Assembly (NCBI RefSeq): GCF_000007985.2
Contig: NC_002939.5
Location: 2,910,001-2,942,000, forward strand
From: Geobacter sulfurreducens PCA
GTDB taxonomy: Bacteria; Desulfobacterota; Desulfuromonadia; Geobacterales; Geobacteraceae
DNA: 32,000 nucleotides
Direction: 5' to 3'
Numbering within the stretch: the first letter of the stretch is position 1; each line of letters opens with the position of its first letter. Shown here one piece after another: positions 1 through 7,547 of this stretch. A model generated the notes under the pieces. The model saw only the letters and a list, made by a program, of their open reading frames with translations. It was not told where the DNA came from and did no database searches. The position numbers and the translations under genes were made by a program.

Positions 1-1495
1 GACGTACGGGACGGACCGGTTCCCGCGCCGCGCCAAGACGTTCCACCTCTGCCTGCAGCGCGGCGATTCTCGCGGCGGCAGTCTGCTCGGCCAGCGCCTT
101 GGCGGAGGCAAGCCGCTCCAGCTCGGCGCGGAGCGTTGCCGTTTCCGCCCCTGCTGCCGCCAGCGCCTCCTCGGCGCCTCCCTCACCGGTGCGGAGCACC
201 AGGCGGCGAACCGCGTCCCGCTCGGCCGCAACCACCGTCTCTTCGGCGACCAGCGCAGCCAGCCGCGCCACAGCATCTTTCCGTTCCGCTTCCCGCTCAC
301 GGGCCTGCTGCCGGAGCGATTCCTCCAGCGATTCGATATCGCGGGCGGCAACGGCGCCGGCGGCTTCGCGTTCCTCTTCCCCGCGCCGGACCGCCTGTTC
401 CAGCTCCCGGACCCGCTCGGACCCGAGCCGCTCAGCCTCTTCCTTCTCCCGTGCCATGCGGGCGATATCGCGCGCCAGGGTCTCCTGCCGCTCTTCGGAA
501 GCCTTTCTGACCTCTTCCCATTCGGCCGACAAACGCGCCAACCGGTCGCGAAGCTCGGATTCGGCGCTCTCGGCCGAGGACTCGGCCCGTTCCCGTTCCG
601 CCGTCAACCGGCTGAGCTCCGCGGTGAGTTCCGCCACCTCGGTCGACTCGCCGGAACCGAGTCGCGCCAGCTCCGCGCCGAGTTGATCGATGTCCGCCTT
701 CAGGCGAGCCACCTCGGCATCATGGGCGGCGGTCCGTTTGGCCAACTCCTGTTCGTCTTCCGCCTTTCGGCGCTCCAGTTGCGCGATCTCGGCTTCGAGT
801 GACTTTTCCTTCCCGGCAAGGGCCCGCCGGATTTCCTCACGTTCGCGGCCAAGTTCGGCTATGCGGGCGTTGAGTTCCTCCAGCCGGGCGTTCCCCTCGC
901 GCTCCAAGGCTGTGTTTTCAGCCTCCATTCGACGCGCCTCGGCCTCTAGAGCCTTCGTATCGACAGCAGGTGTTTTTTTCGGCATGGGCTCTGCGGGTTG
1001 AGGCGAGGGGGGAGAAGGAGCCCGCGGGGGCTCCGGAGCGGGCTTGGCTTCTTTCTCCTGGCGCTTGGCGGCGGGACGCTTTGCCGCCGGATCCACGACC
1101 CCGGTCATGGGAGGCGCCGCGGGGCGGCGAATCACCCGGACTTCCCGGATGACCACCTCGCGCATGGCTTTACTGTAGCGGAGGTTGACCTCCTGCATGG
1201 CAAAGCCGAGGGATTCGGCAAAGGCAATGGCTTCAGCCACGAGGACATCGTGTGACTCCCCGTCGACCAGCTCGCGGTCGGAGCGATACAAGGCGACGCA
1301 GCGGCGGTCCGTCTGCTCGAGGGCCACGTGGACCCGGGCACGCTCACCCTCGCGGATGGCGCAGACAAAGGCCTGGCACGGAGAAGGAGGTCTATCGCCG
1401 CATGCGACGGTGACCGGCTCCACCGAGCGGTGAATCTCCATGACGTCTGACTCGTCGGCTTCTATGACGGTTCGTGCAGGATCGGGAACAAACAT
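1..1495 (-). CDS. Long coiled-coil protein, C-terminally truncated by the window edge (498 codons visible): ~115-aa N-terminal globular part, Pro/Lys-rich linker, then Glu/Ala/Arg/Leu-rich coiled coil
   Basis: Own translation of the minus strand. ATG at 1495..1493 is preceded by an in-frame TAG (1501..1499). I checked this frame triplet by triplet and found no stop down to nt 2. It begins MFVPDPARTVIEADESDVMEIHRS and continues ...EAEARRMEAENTALEREGNARLEELNARIAELGREREEIRRALAGKEKSLEAEIAQLERRKAEDEQELAKR... It is missing from the ORF track because it has no stop inside the window. The Ser/Ala/Arg-rich + strand ORFs 99..686 and 690..1001 are its antisense shadows. Confidence 0.7.
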   Translation of the reverse strand, partial: MFVPDPARTVIEADESDVMEIHRSVEPVTVACGDRPPSPCQAFVCAIREGERARVHVALEQTDRRCVALYRSDRELVDGESHDVLVAEAIAFAESLGFAMQEVNLRYSKAMREVVIREVRVIRRPAAPPMTGVVDPAAKRPAAKRQEKEAKPAPEPPRAPSPPSPQPAEPMPKKTPAVDTKALEAEARRMEAENTALEREGNARLEELNARIAELGREREEIRRALAGKEKSLEAEIAQLERRKAEDEQELAKRTAAHDAEVARLKADIDQLGAELARLGSGESTEVAELTAELSRLTAERERAESSAESAESELRDRLARLSAEWEEVRKASEERQETLARDIARMAREKEEAERLGSERVRELEQAVRRGEEEREAAGAVAARDIESLEESLRQQAREREAERKDAVARLAALVAEETVVAAERDAVRRLVLRTGEGGAEEALAAAGAETATLRAELERLASAKALAEQTAAARIAALQAEVERLGAAREPVRPVR

Positions 1496-1652
1496 GAGCT
1501 ACACTCTACCCCATTTTGGGCGGAAGGCAAACCGGATCCCCCGTGCGGGAAACAATGACACATTGACGGTCAAACGACGTCGGGCCGCGCACTGATCAAC
1601 AGTGGAGCGGCCCGGGGCGACTGGGAGGATCATGGCCGGGACGGCTTACCGG

Positions 1653-2363
1653 TCAGGGAATTTCGACCGTCAGGTGGTCGCCGGGCCCGACCTTGAGCTT
1701 CTTTTCGATGGCCCTGCAGAGGATGATTTTGCCATCGTAGGCCGCATCGTTCTCATTGACCACCATGAAGGGGAAGATCGCCGAGATGCCGCTGGCGGTG
1801 CTGGTGAGCTTAAGCTTCTTGACCGCGCCCGCTTTGTAGAAGTTGCTGATCTGCTGGGCTGTGGTCTGGTTGAGAGCTCCCATGCCCAACTGCTCGAAGG
1901 AGCTCCCCACCGTGGAGTCGGCAATGTGGCAGGCCGGCAGGGTCAGAACGCCGTCGACGGCCTTGGCCGCGGATGCCTGCACGGACGCCGGTGCCGCGAA
2001 GACTTGACCGGCTGCGGCAATGAGCGCGTCAAGCTTTCCCTTGGCCACATTCAGGGAGATGTTGAGCACCTGGAGGTTGATGGCCTTGGTACAGAGCAGG
2101 AGCAGAAATGCCTCGCTCAGGGGCTTGACGACGATACGCCCGTCATTGTACCGGAAGTCGAGCAGGTCGAAGGAGCCGGCTGCGGCCCGGACGCCGCTGT
2201 TACGATCCGCAACAGCGGCGGATGCCTGCCTGACAATGGACTCATCGAACAGTGGGGGAAAGGCGTGAACCATGAGTTCCCCGCCGCCGCCGCAGACAAA
2301 GCTGCCGACAACCCCCGGAACCGCATTCAGCTGAGTAAGAATCTCGCGCATATCCTCTCCCAT
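1653..2363 (-). CDS. Roadblock/LC7 (MglB-like) domain protein with ~100-aa C-terminal extension
   Basis: 236-aa ORF with ATG at 2363. The N-terminal ~115 aa fit the Roadblock/LC7 pattern (REILTQLNAVPGVVGSFVCGGGGELMVHAFPP...DGRIVVKPLSEAFLLLLCTKAINLQVLNISLNVAKGKLDAL). The C-terminal part ends KLKLTSTASG...GKIILCRAIEKKLKVGPGDHLTVEIP. Domain call is from remembered family patterns, not a search. Confidence 0.7.
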   Translation of the reverse strand: MGEDMREILTQLNAVPGVVGSFVCGGGGELMVHAFPPLFDESIVRQASAAVADRNSGVRAAAGSFDLLDFRYNDGRIVVKPLSEAFLLLLCTKAINLQVLNISLNVAKGKLDALIAAAGQVFAAPASVQASAAKAVDGVLTLPACHIADSTVGSSFEQLGMGALNQTTAQQISNFYKAGAVKKLKLTSTASGISAIFPFMVVNENDAAYDGKIILCRAIEKKLKVGPGDHLTVEIP

Positions 2364-2395
2364 CCGTCAGAGTCCGCCGACCTGTCGGCAGTGCG

Positions 2396-3130
2396 CTACT
2401 TGCGGCCGGCAAACGTGGAGCGGATTTCGTTTTCCACGTGGGCCAGGGAGCTGTCGCCGCGAACTGCGATGGAAACGTAGTGATTTTTTGCTTCGAACAG
2501 AAGGATCTGCTTGCCGCGGGCGTGGACCGCCGCCGACTTTACCTCGTCCAAGCCGAACAACTCTCCCAGACGGGAGCCTATACCCGCAAGGCTCATCCCT
2601 TTGGCGGAGAGTACTTCGGCCTCGAAACTGTCATCCTCCAGGGGGGTTCCGTCCTTTTTCATCAAAACCGCATAGGAAACACCCGCTATTCTAACGATGC
2701 GTTCCGCGACAGCGCTCATACGGTTTTGCACGGCAGCCGGAGCCGCCGCCTCCTCTCGACGTGTCCCTTCATCGGCGCGCACTGCGGCCTGCTCCTCATC
2801 CATCAGGCGGTGGGCCTCCAACAGCAGGAAGCTGATGCTCTGCTGGATGGTGCGGCTCGTGGTGGTCACCTTCGGCTGGATGTTGAACCGCCCTCCCGGC
2901 CAGCGGATGATCTCGTAGAGAGCCATCTCCCCCATCAATTTTCCCTGCTCGGCGTGGATGATGTCACCGTCACGGAAGAAGATCATCCCCTGCCGTTCCC
3001 GATATTCCACGGCAATACAGCCGGAAAACCGGTTTTGCCCCTTGAGCTGGATGACATCCGTCAGGGGGAGACCAGCGACGGACCCTTCAAAACCACTCGG
3101 ATTTTCCCGTTGCAGAGCTTCAGCCATCAT
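2396..3130 (-). CDS. DUF4388/PATAN-like domain fused to a Roadblock/LC7 domain
   Basis: 244-aa ORF. SD-like AAAGGGGGGAGAG lies directly upstream of ATGATG at 3130. Residues ~15-85 read LPLTDVIQLKGQNRFSGCIAVEY..GMIFFRDGDIIHAEQG..GEMALYEIIRWPGGRFNI (DUF4388/PATAN pattern). Residues ~135-244 read VAERIVRIAGVSYAVLMKKDGTPLE...GKQILLFEAKNHYVSIAVRGDSSLAHVENEI (Roadblock/LC7 pattern). Confidence 0.75.
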   Translation of the reverse strand: MMAEALQRENPSGFEGSVAGLPLTDVIQLKGQNRFSGCIAVEYRERQGMIFFRDGDIIHAEQGKLMGEMALYEIIRWPGGRFNIQPKVTTTSRTIQQSISFLLLEAHRLMDEEQAAVRADEGTRREEAAAPAAVQNRMSAVAERIVRIAGVSYAVLMKKDGTPLEDDSFEAEVLSAKGMSLAGIGSRLGELFGLDEVKSAAVHARGKQILLFEAKNHYVSIAVRGDSSLAHVENEIRSTFAGRK

Positions 3131-3378
3131 CTCTCCCCCCTTTCCGGCCCATCGGACCTGAACCTTTTAAAGCATTTTCCATGCCCGTCTTTTCACGTCA
3201 CAACACCCTAGACCGCAGAACACACGGATCGGGCTTTTGCCAGACATGAAAGGACGTTTATACCTGGTGGGTCGTGCCAATTTCAGGTCACACACAACGT
3301 CATATGACCGCATGCAATAACTCAGAGCACCGGCAGGAGATCACGTGGACGAGGGGGCCCGTACCGCGGCAGGCGGCG

Positions 3379-4068
3379 TCAACGAACGATTGTCGGATGA
3401 CAGAGAACGCAGTCGCGTACCGCCCGGATCGGGATATTCAGTTCCGGATCGATGGTGTACACGTGGCACGAAGTGCAGTCCACGAGTTCCGGAATGCCGT
3501 CGCCGGTGATATCGCGAACAGTGAATACCAGCTTGTGGTGGATTTCGGGCAGGGGGCGGTCCGGAAACTCCGTCTGCGGAGCGTGGCACCGCAGGCACGC
3601 ATCGGGGTTCTCCATCTCGGCGGGAGGGACGGCGTCGTGCTTCAGGTGACGGAGGCTGCCGTTACGCACCCGCTGAACGAACGCAGGATCGATCGGCATG
3701 CCATTGCGCGTGGAGCGCATTGTGGAATACCAGGAAAAGAAGGGCTTGACCGGGTCGCTGCCGTGGCAGGAATAGCAGCGCTCAGGGTACGGTACCGGGT
3801 CGACAACGTGGCAGCTCAGGCATGCCGGCGCACCCGCCCCTTCTGCAGCACCGAGCAGGTTGGTTCCGTGACAGACCTTGCACTGGTTGAGGGCCTCGGC
3901 CCCATTGTTTGAAAAGCTCTCGGTGGTCGGAAAGCGGTGATAGGTCACCCAGATGGGGGTATGGGCCGACGTGGCAACGGGAGAGGACGCGTTGCCGGCA
4001 TTGGACCCGCCGCCGCAACCGGCAAGGGTGAGCGTAACGAGTCCCGCAAGTGCGATGAGCCTCTTCAT
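3379..4068 (-). CDS. extD: Hexaheme c-type cytochrome lipoprotein (ExtD-like outer-membrane conduit component)
   Basis: Six CXXCH motifs (CKVCH, CLSCH, CYSCH, CLRCH, CTSCH, CVLCH). I prefer ATG 4068 (MKRLIALAGLVTLTLAGCGG, lipobox LAGC) over ATG 4107, which overlaps the upstream stop. It is the last gene of a periplasmic cytochrome / barrel / lipoprotein cytochrome x2 cluster. Confidence 0.8.
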   Translation of the reverse strand: MKRLIALAGLVTLTLAGCGGGSNAGNASSPVATSAHTPIWVTYHRFPTTESFSNNGAEALNQCKVCHGTNLLGAAEGAGAPACLSCHVVDPVPYPERCYSCHGSDPVKPFFSWYSTMRSTRNGMPIDPAFVQRVRNGSLRHLKHDAVPPAEMENPDACLRCHAPQTEFPDRPLPEIHHKLVFTVRDITGDGIPELVDCTSCHVYTIDPELNIPIRAVRDCVLCHPTIVR

Positions 4069-4099
4069 TGCCAGCGTGCTCCGATCCGTGAAATCACCG

Positions 4100-4567
4100 T
4101 TAACCATGGCACGGCCGACAGGTGGCGGCTGCCCGGGGATTACCGTGGCAGCGGAAGCAGGAGGATGGGTCGAGCCGTCCGTCTATCCGGTGGCGGGAAA
4201 GGTAGTCTCCCCGGTGCTGCATCCTGCGATAGGTCTCCGTCGGGCTCTTCTCCGACGGTTTGAGTTCGGTCCGGCTCGCATGGCAATCGTTGCAGAAGCT
4301 CTGCTCGTGGCAAATGGCGCAGATGTTCTGATTCTGATACGCAACCATCCGGTGCGAATCGGTGAACAACGGGGTGTGATTGTAGCGCTCAAAGTCCACC
4401 GGCTCCTTCCGGTAGCCGTGACACTTGGTGCAGAATTCCCGCCGCTCGCCCAGTTCGAAAATCGGCGGATGCTTGACGGGCAGCCGATAGCGCGCCTGTT
4501 GCGCACAAGAAACAACAAGGGCGAGAAGCATGCACCCCGCCGCCATGCAAACGGTTCTACGATTCAT
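4100..4567 (-). CDS. extC: Pentaheme c-type cytochrome lipoprotein (ExtC-like)
   Basis: 155 aa. Signal peptide plus lipobox (MLLALVVSCAQQ). Five CXXCH motifs (CTKCH, CAICH, CNDCH, CFRCH, CRPCH). Confidence 0.8.
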   Translation of the reverse strand: MNRRTVCMAAGCMLLALVVSCAQQARYRLPVKHPPIFELGERREFCTKCHGYRKEPVDFERYNHTPLFTDSHRMVAYQNQNICAICHEQSFCNDCHASRTELKPSEKSPTETYRRMQHRGDYLSRHRIDGRLDPSSCFRCHGNPRAAATCRPCHG

Positions 4568-4611
4568 GCGCCTGATTCCATTTCTTTGCCGCTGGCCGGT
4601 CCATCACGCTC

Positions 4612-5874
4612 TTACCTGCGAAACGCATAGGTCACGGCAAGGGTGCCGCGGTAATCTTTGTGGAAATAGGGGTCATTGCTGTAATCCACCGAAAGTTTGA
4701 GGGAAAGCGCCCGATCCAGCATCTTCCTTCCCACGCCGGCGGAAACGAAGAGCGCACTGTTCTCTCCGTAGATGGCCCGGTCGTAGCGGACATAGGTAAC
4801 ATCACCGGTAGCGAACCAGGGAGCGAAATCGCCGTAAAGATAACCGCGCCCCAGATAGTAGCGGTTCTCTGTCAGATCACCCTGAACGCGGCCGAACTCC
4901 AGACCGGCTTCCGAGAAAATACCCCTCCGCACCGTCGCCAGGGCGGTGGCCATGTGGGCGTTGCCGAACCGGCTGTCATAGGTGAGGTACTTGTACCTCC
5001 CACCGAACTCCACGCTCTCGGTCGGATACCAGAATCCTTCGGCGCCCGCGATCTCAACCCGGTCACCGAGTACCGTCTGGAAACGGAACGGTCGTGAGGC
5101 CCCGGAACGGTCGTTGAGATAGTCGGAATACCGATACCGCTGGTAAAAGGGGCGGAGCTCCATGGACGCAAACGGGATCCGGGCCTCGTAGGAATGCTCT
5201 CCCCACCCGCCCGTCAGAAGATTGAGCGTCGAATGAGCGAACATCGAGATACCGGCCGGCAGGCTCAGGGAGAGGTCGGCCCCCAGAAGCTCCTCGCTCC
5301 GGGAGCCGTCATTGGCCACGTACTTGTAAGAGATTCCCGCGTCATACCGACCACGCTGTCCCTGAACGATCCGGGCTCCGTAGACCAGGTCGCCGCTGCG
5401 GCCCGCCGCGCTGCCCGCACCGACCGGCATTCCGGCGAATGCCGAGAGGGCTACCGTCGGCACGAGCTCCGTTCTGGCATAGAGGCCGTCGAAACTCTCC
5501 CGCATCACCCCTTCGAAAAGGTATTGGCGGCCGAGCCGCATCTGATGATCGCGGTCTGGGTCGATATATTCAAGATAGGCATAGAGGAGATCGCCCTCGG
5601 CATCGCCGTCCTCGTGCGAATCCCGCAGGTCGAGCCGCCCCCAGCCGTAGGCGTGGAGCGACAGCCCCGGCGTGGTTACGCTGCCGTAATCGAGCCGCAC
5701 GAATTCGTAGACCGGCAGAAGGGAGCGCCCCCCGCCGTTACGGTCATCCCGTTCGTAGACCCTGACAATGGTATCGGAACTGATCCCCAGATCAACGGCA
5801 CGGCAGACCGCGGGTGCGGCAAGAACGGCTGCGAACAGTATCAGTTGTGCGGTCATCCACCAGGAACGCGTCAA
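4612..5874 (-). CDS. extB: Porin-like outer-membrane beta-barrel protein of a porin-cytochrome conduit (ExtB-like), no heme motifs
   Basis: 420 aa. TTG start at 5874 with GAGGAGGGGGG 5 nt upstream (alternative ATG at 5856). Signal peptide ...LAAPAVCRA/VD. Gly/Tyr/Arg/Asp-rich sequence with an alternating pattern typical of OM barrels. It sits between a periplasmic multiheme cytochrome gene and two lipoprotein cytochrome genes. Confidence 0.75.
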   Translation of the reverse strand: MTRSWWMTAQLILFAAVLAAPAVCRAVDLGISSDTIVRVYERDDRNGGGRSLLPVYEFVRLDYGSVTTPGLSLHAYGWGRLDLRDSHEDGDAEGDLLYAYLEYIDPDRDHQMRLGRQYLFEGVMRESFDGLYARTELVPTVALSAFAGMPVGAGSAAGRSGDLVYGARIVQGQRGRYDAGISYKYVANDGSRSEELLGADLSLSLPAGISMFAHSTLNLLTGGWGEHSYEARIPFASMELRPFYQRYRYSDYLNDRSGASRPFRFQTVLGDRVEIAGAEGFWYPTESVEFGGRYKYLTYDSRFGNAHMATALATVRRGIFSEAGLEFGRVQGDLTENRYYLGRGYLYGDFAPWFATGDVTYVRYDRAIYGENSALFVSAGVGRKMLDRALSLKLSVDYSNDPYFHKDYRGTLAVTYAFRR

Positions 5875-5954
5875 TGCATCCCCCTCCTCGTGGGCATGTC
5901 AGCCCCCCTCGCTCCGACCATCCTGGCGGAGGAGGGGGGCATCACAACGGACTG

Positions 5955-6887
5955 TCAGCGCTGACGAACCGGCGGATTATGGGCGTCCTGATGGCAGGTC
6001 AGGCACTTGGGGAAACGGTCGTGGAGCTGCTTGGTGTGCGGCAGGCCGTGGCAATCGCCGCACTGGGGAATGTAGCCGTGCTTGGAGTGGCAGGCAGCGC
6101 AGTTGACCTTGCCGTGGCGACTCGGCGTTCCCGTCCAGACGGCGTACACCTTGTCGTGGCAGGCACCGCAGGTCCGCGCTCCCACCTCCTTGGAATAGTT
6201 GATCTGCTTCGGCTTGTGGACCGGGTGGCATTCGCTGGCGCAGGTCTTGAACTCCTGCCCTTCGTAGTGGGGCTTGTGGCACATGTTGCAAGACGGAATC
6301 ACCCCGTGCCCCGTATGACATGCGGAGCAGGCAAGGCTGGCGTGCTTGCTCGGGAACTGCTTCAGTTCGGCCGGCGGTCCCGCATGACAGACTGCACAGG
6401 AGTCCTGGAGCTTCTTCGTCATGGGCATCCGGACAATGGAGTGCGGATTCGTATGGCATTCGGAGCACTGGGTAAAGACCTGCACGTGGGGCACCGACGG
6501 CGTTGAGTGACAATCGGCGCACTTGGGCATTATCTGATCCCAGTTGTTCTTCCGCGGATTGAAGCTGTGGAAGGACTTGTGACAGCCTTGACAGGTGAAG
6601 GTATGCCGGCCGCCGTCCTTCTTGATGTCCTGAAACGCGGAGGGATGGCACTGGCCGCACTGGGTGACCGTAAGGGGGGTCGGGTCGGCCGCGAAAAGTT
6701 CCGGCTGCTTCTCGATTGTGACCGTTGCCACGGGCCCGCTCGCGGGAGTGCCCATGCCTGCGGGCACTTTCACGGCGCCGCTCTTTTCACTTCCGGCTCC
6801 AGCCGGCGTCCATCCGAACAGGGCAACCATCGCCACCAAGGCCGCCACCGTCGCCAATCCGCTCAAACCACTCCTGTCACATTTCAT
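5955..6887 (-). CDS. extA: Periplasmic dodecaheme c-type cytochrome (ExtA-like)
   Basis: 310 aa. Sec signal (LATVAALVAMVALFGWTPAGAG). 11 CXXCH motifs plus one CX3CH (CASECH) give 12 putative heme sites. SD-like AAGAAAGGAA lies upstream of ATG 6887. Confidence 0.85.
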   Translation of the reverse strand: MKCDRSGLSGLATVAALVAMVALFGWTPAGAGSEKSGAVKVPAGMGTPASGPVATVTIEKQPELFAADPTPLTVTQCGQCHPSAFQDIKKDGGRHTFTCQGCHKSFHSFNPRKNNWDQIMPKCADCHSTPSVPHVQVFTQCSECHTNPHSIVRMPMTKKLQDSCAVCHAGPPAELKQFPSKHASLACSACHTGHGVIPSCNMCHKPHYEGQEFKTCASECHPVHKPKQINYSKEVGARTCGACHDKVYAVWTGTPSRHGKVNCAACHSKHGYIPQCGDCHGLPHTKQLHDRFPKCLTCHQDAHNPPVRQR

Positions 6888-7139
6888 GGAATCGTTCCTT
6901 TCTTAGTTCGGCTTCCGGCGCCACCAGGAACTGCCAAAAGAAATTAGCGTATACCAATAACCCCGATCATACCGCCCTGTCAAGCAATGAAATGGCCGCC
7001 GTTACCTTTTTGAAACAGCTCACTATTATTCAACTTTTTGCATGATCTGATAAAATCTTAAAGAATTTCCCGGTCAGGCCGAATAATACTCTTAACAAGC
7101 CGGTACCCTCACTCACCGAAACAGACCAGGAAGTGACGC

Positions 7140-7472
7140 ATGTCCGCAGACAAAAACATGTACGATACGGTGCTCGCCTATTTCGAGCAGGAGTTCGCCG
7201 CCGTCAGGGAACGGTTGAAGGAAGGCCGTTATGCCGGACTGAAGGAGCGGGTTCTTGTCAGCCTGAAAATCAGTGATGCCCTGACCCTGCTTGCCCCCTA
7301 TACGCGGGGTGACCAGCGGGCGCGCAAACTGGTAAAGGCGGGCGAAGCGCTTCGCACGGAACTGCTCTCAGTGCGGGACGTCATCGAAAAAAAGAGAGCA
7401 CCCCGCAAAAAACGGCAGGACATGCTCATCTGCCAAGTGCTCAGGAAGCGCAAGCCGCTGCTGCTGGTCTAA
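7140..7472 (+). CDS. Hypothetical small helical protein with strongly basic C-terminal tail (110 aa)
   Basis: ATG 7140 is preceded by AGGAAG (7 nt spacing). A rho-independent terminator follows. The tail reads EKKRAPRKKRQDMLICQVLRKRKPLLLV. I recognise no family. Confidence 0.55.
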   Translation: MSADKNMYDTVLAYFEQEFAAVRERLKEGRYAGLKERVLVSLKISDALTLLAPYTRGDQRARKLVKAGEALRTELLSVRDVIEKKRAPRKKRQDMLICQVLRKRKPLLLV

Positions 7473-7498
7473 GCGCTACCGTCTCTTCACGCATCCCC

Positions 7499-7532
7499 GA
7501 CGCCGGCCCCCAGGTCCGGCGTTTTCTTTTTT
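7499..7532 (+). terminator. Rho-independent terminator after the 110-aa ORF
   Basis: CGCCGG (7501..7506) pairs with CCGGCG (7516..7521), extended by CC/GG. It is followed by TTTTCTTTTTT (7522..7532). Confidence 0.7.
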
Positions 7533-7547
7533 CCGCAGGCTGCCGGA

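Noticed and set aside
99-1001. Ser/Ala/Arg-rich + strand ORFs (99..686, 136..510, 690..1001)
   Set aside because: They are the reverse-complement reading of the GAG/GCC/CGC/CTC-rich coiled-coil gene on the minus strand. They are low complexity with no SD.
1602-2480. 292-aa + strand ORF with a GGGAGG-like sequence before an internal ATG
   Set aside because: It fully overlaps the Roadblock-domain gene on the other strand, which has a recognisable domain pattern. This product has none.
3262-3280. Perfect TGGCAC (minus strand, 3274..3279) as a possible sigma-54 -24 element upstream of the PATAN/Roadblock operon
   Set aside because: The expected -12 GC (TTGC) at the correct spacing is missing; the sequence reads TGGCAC-GACCC-ACCA.
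3274-6947. Multiple + strand ORFs (3274..3912, 3953..4630, 4660..5097, 5194..5964, 5814..6506, 6507..6947)
   Set aside because: All are antisense to the ext-like cytochrome and barrel genes, whose heme motifs, signal peptides and lipoboxes identify the true strand.
6888-7139. Looked for a GEMM (c-di-GMP/cGAMP) riboswitch in the extA leader, and likewise in the oxidase leader 21020..21400
   Set aside because: No GACGCAAAGC-type core or GGCAAA receptor arrangement was found on either strand by eye. An Infernal scan would be needed for certainty.
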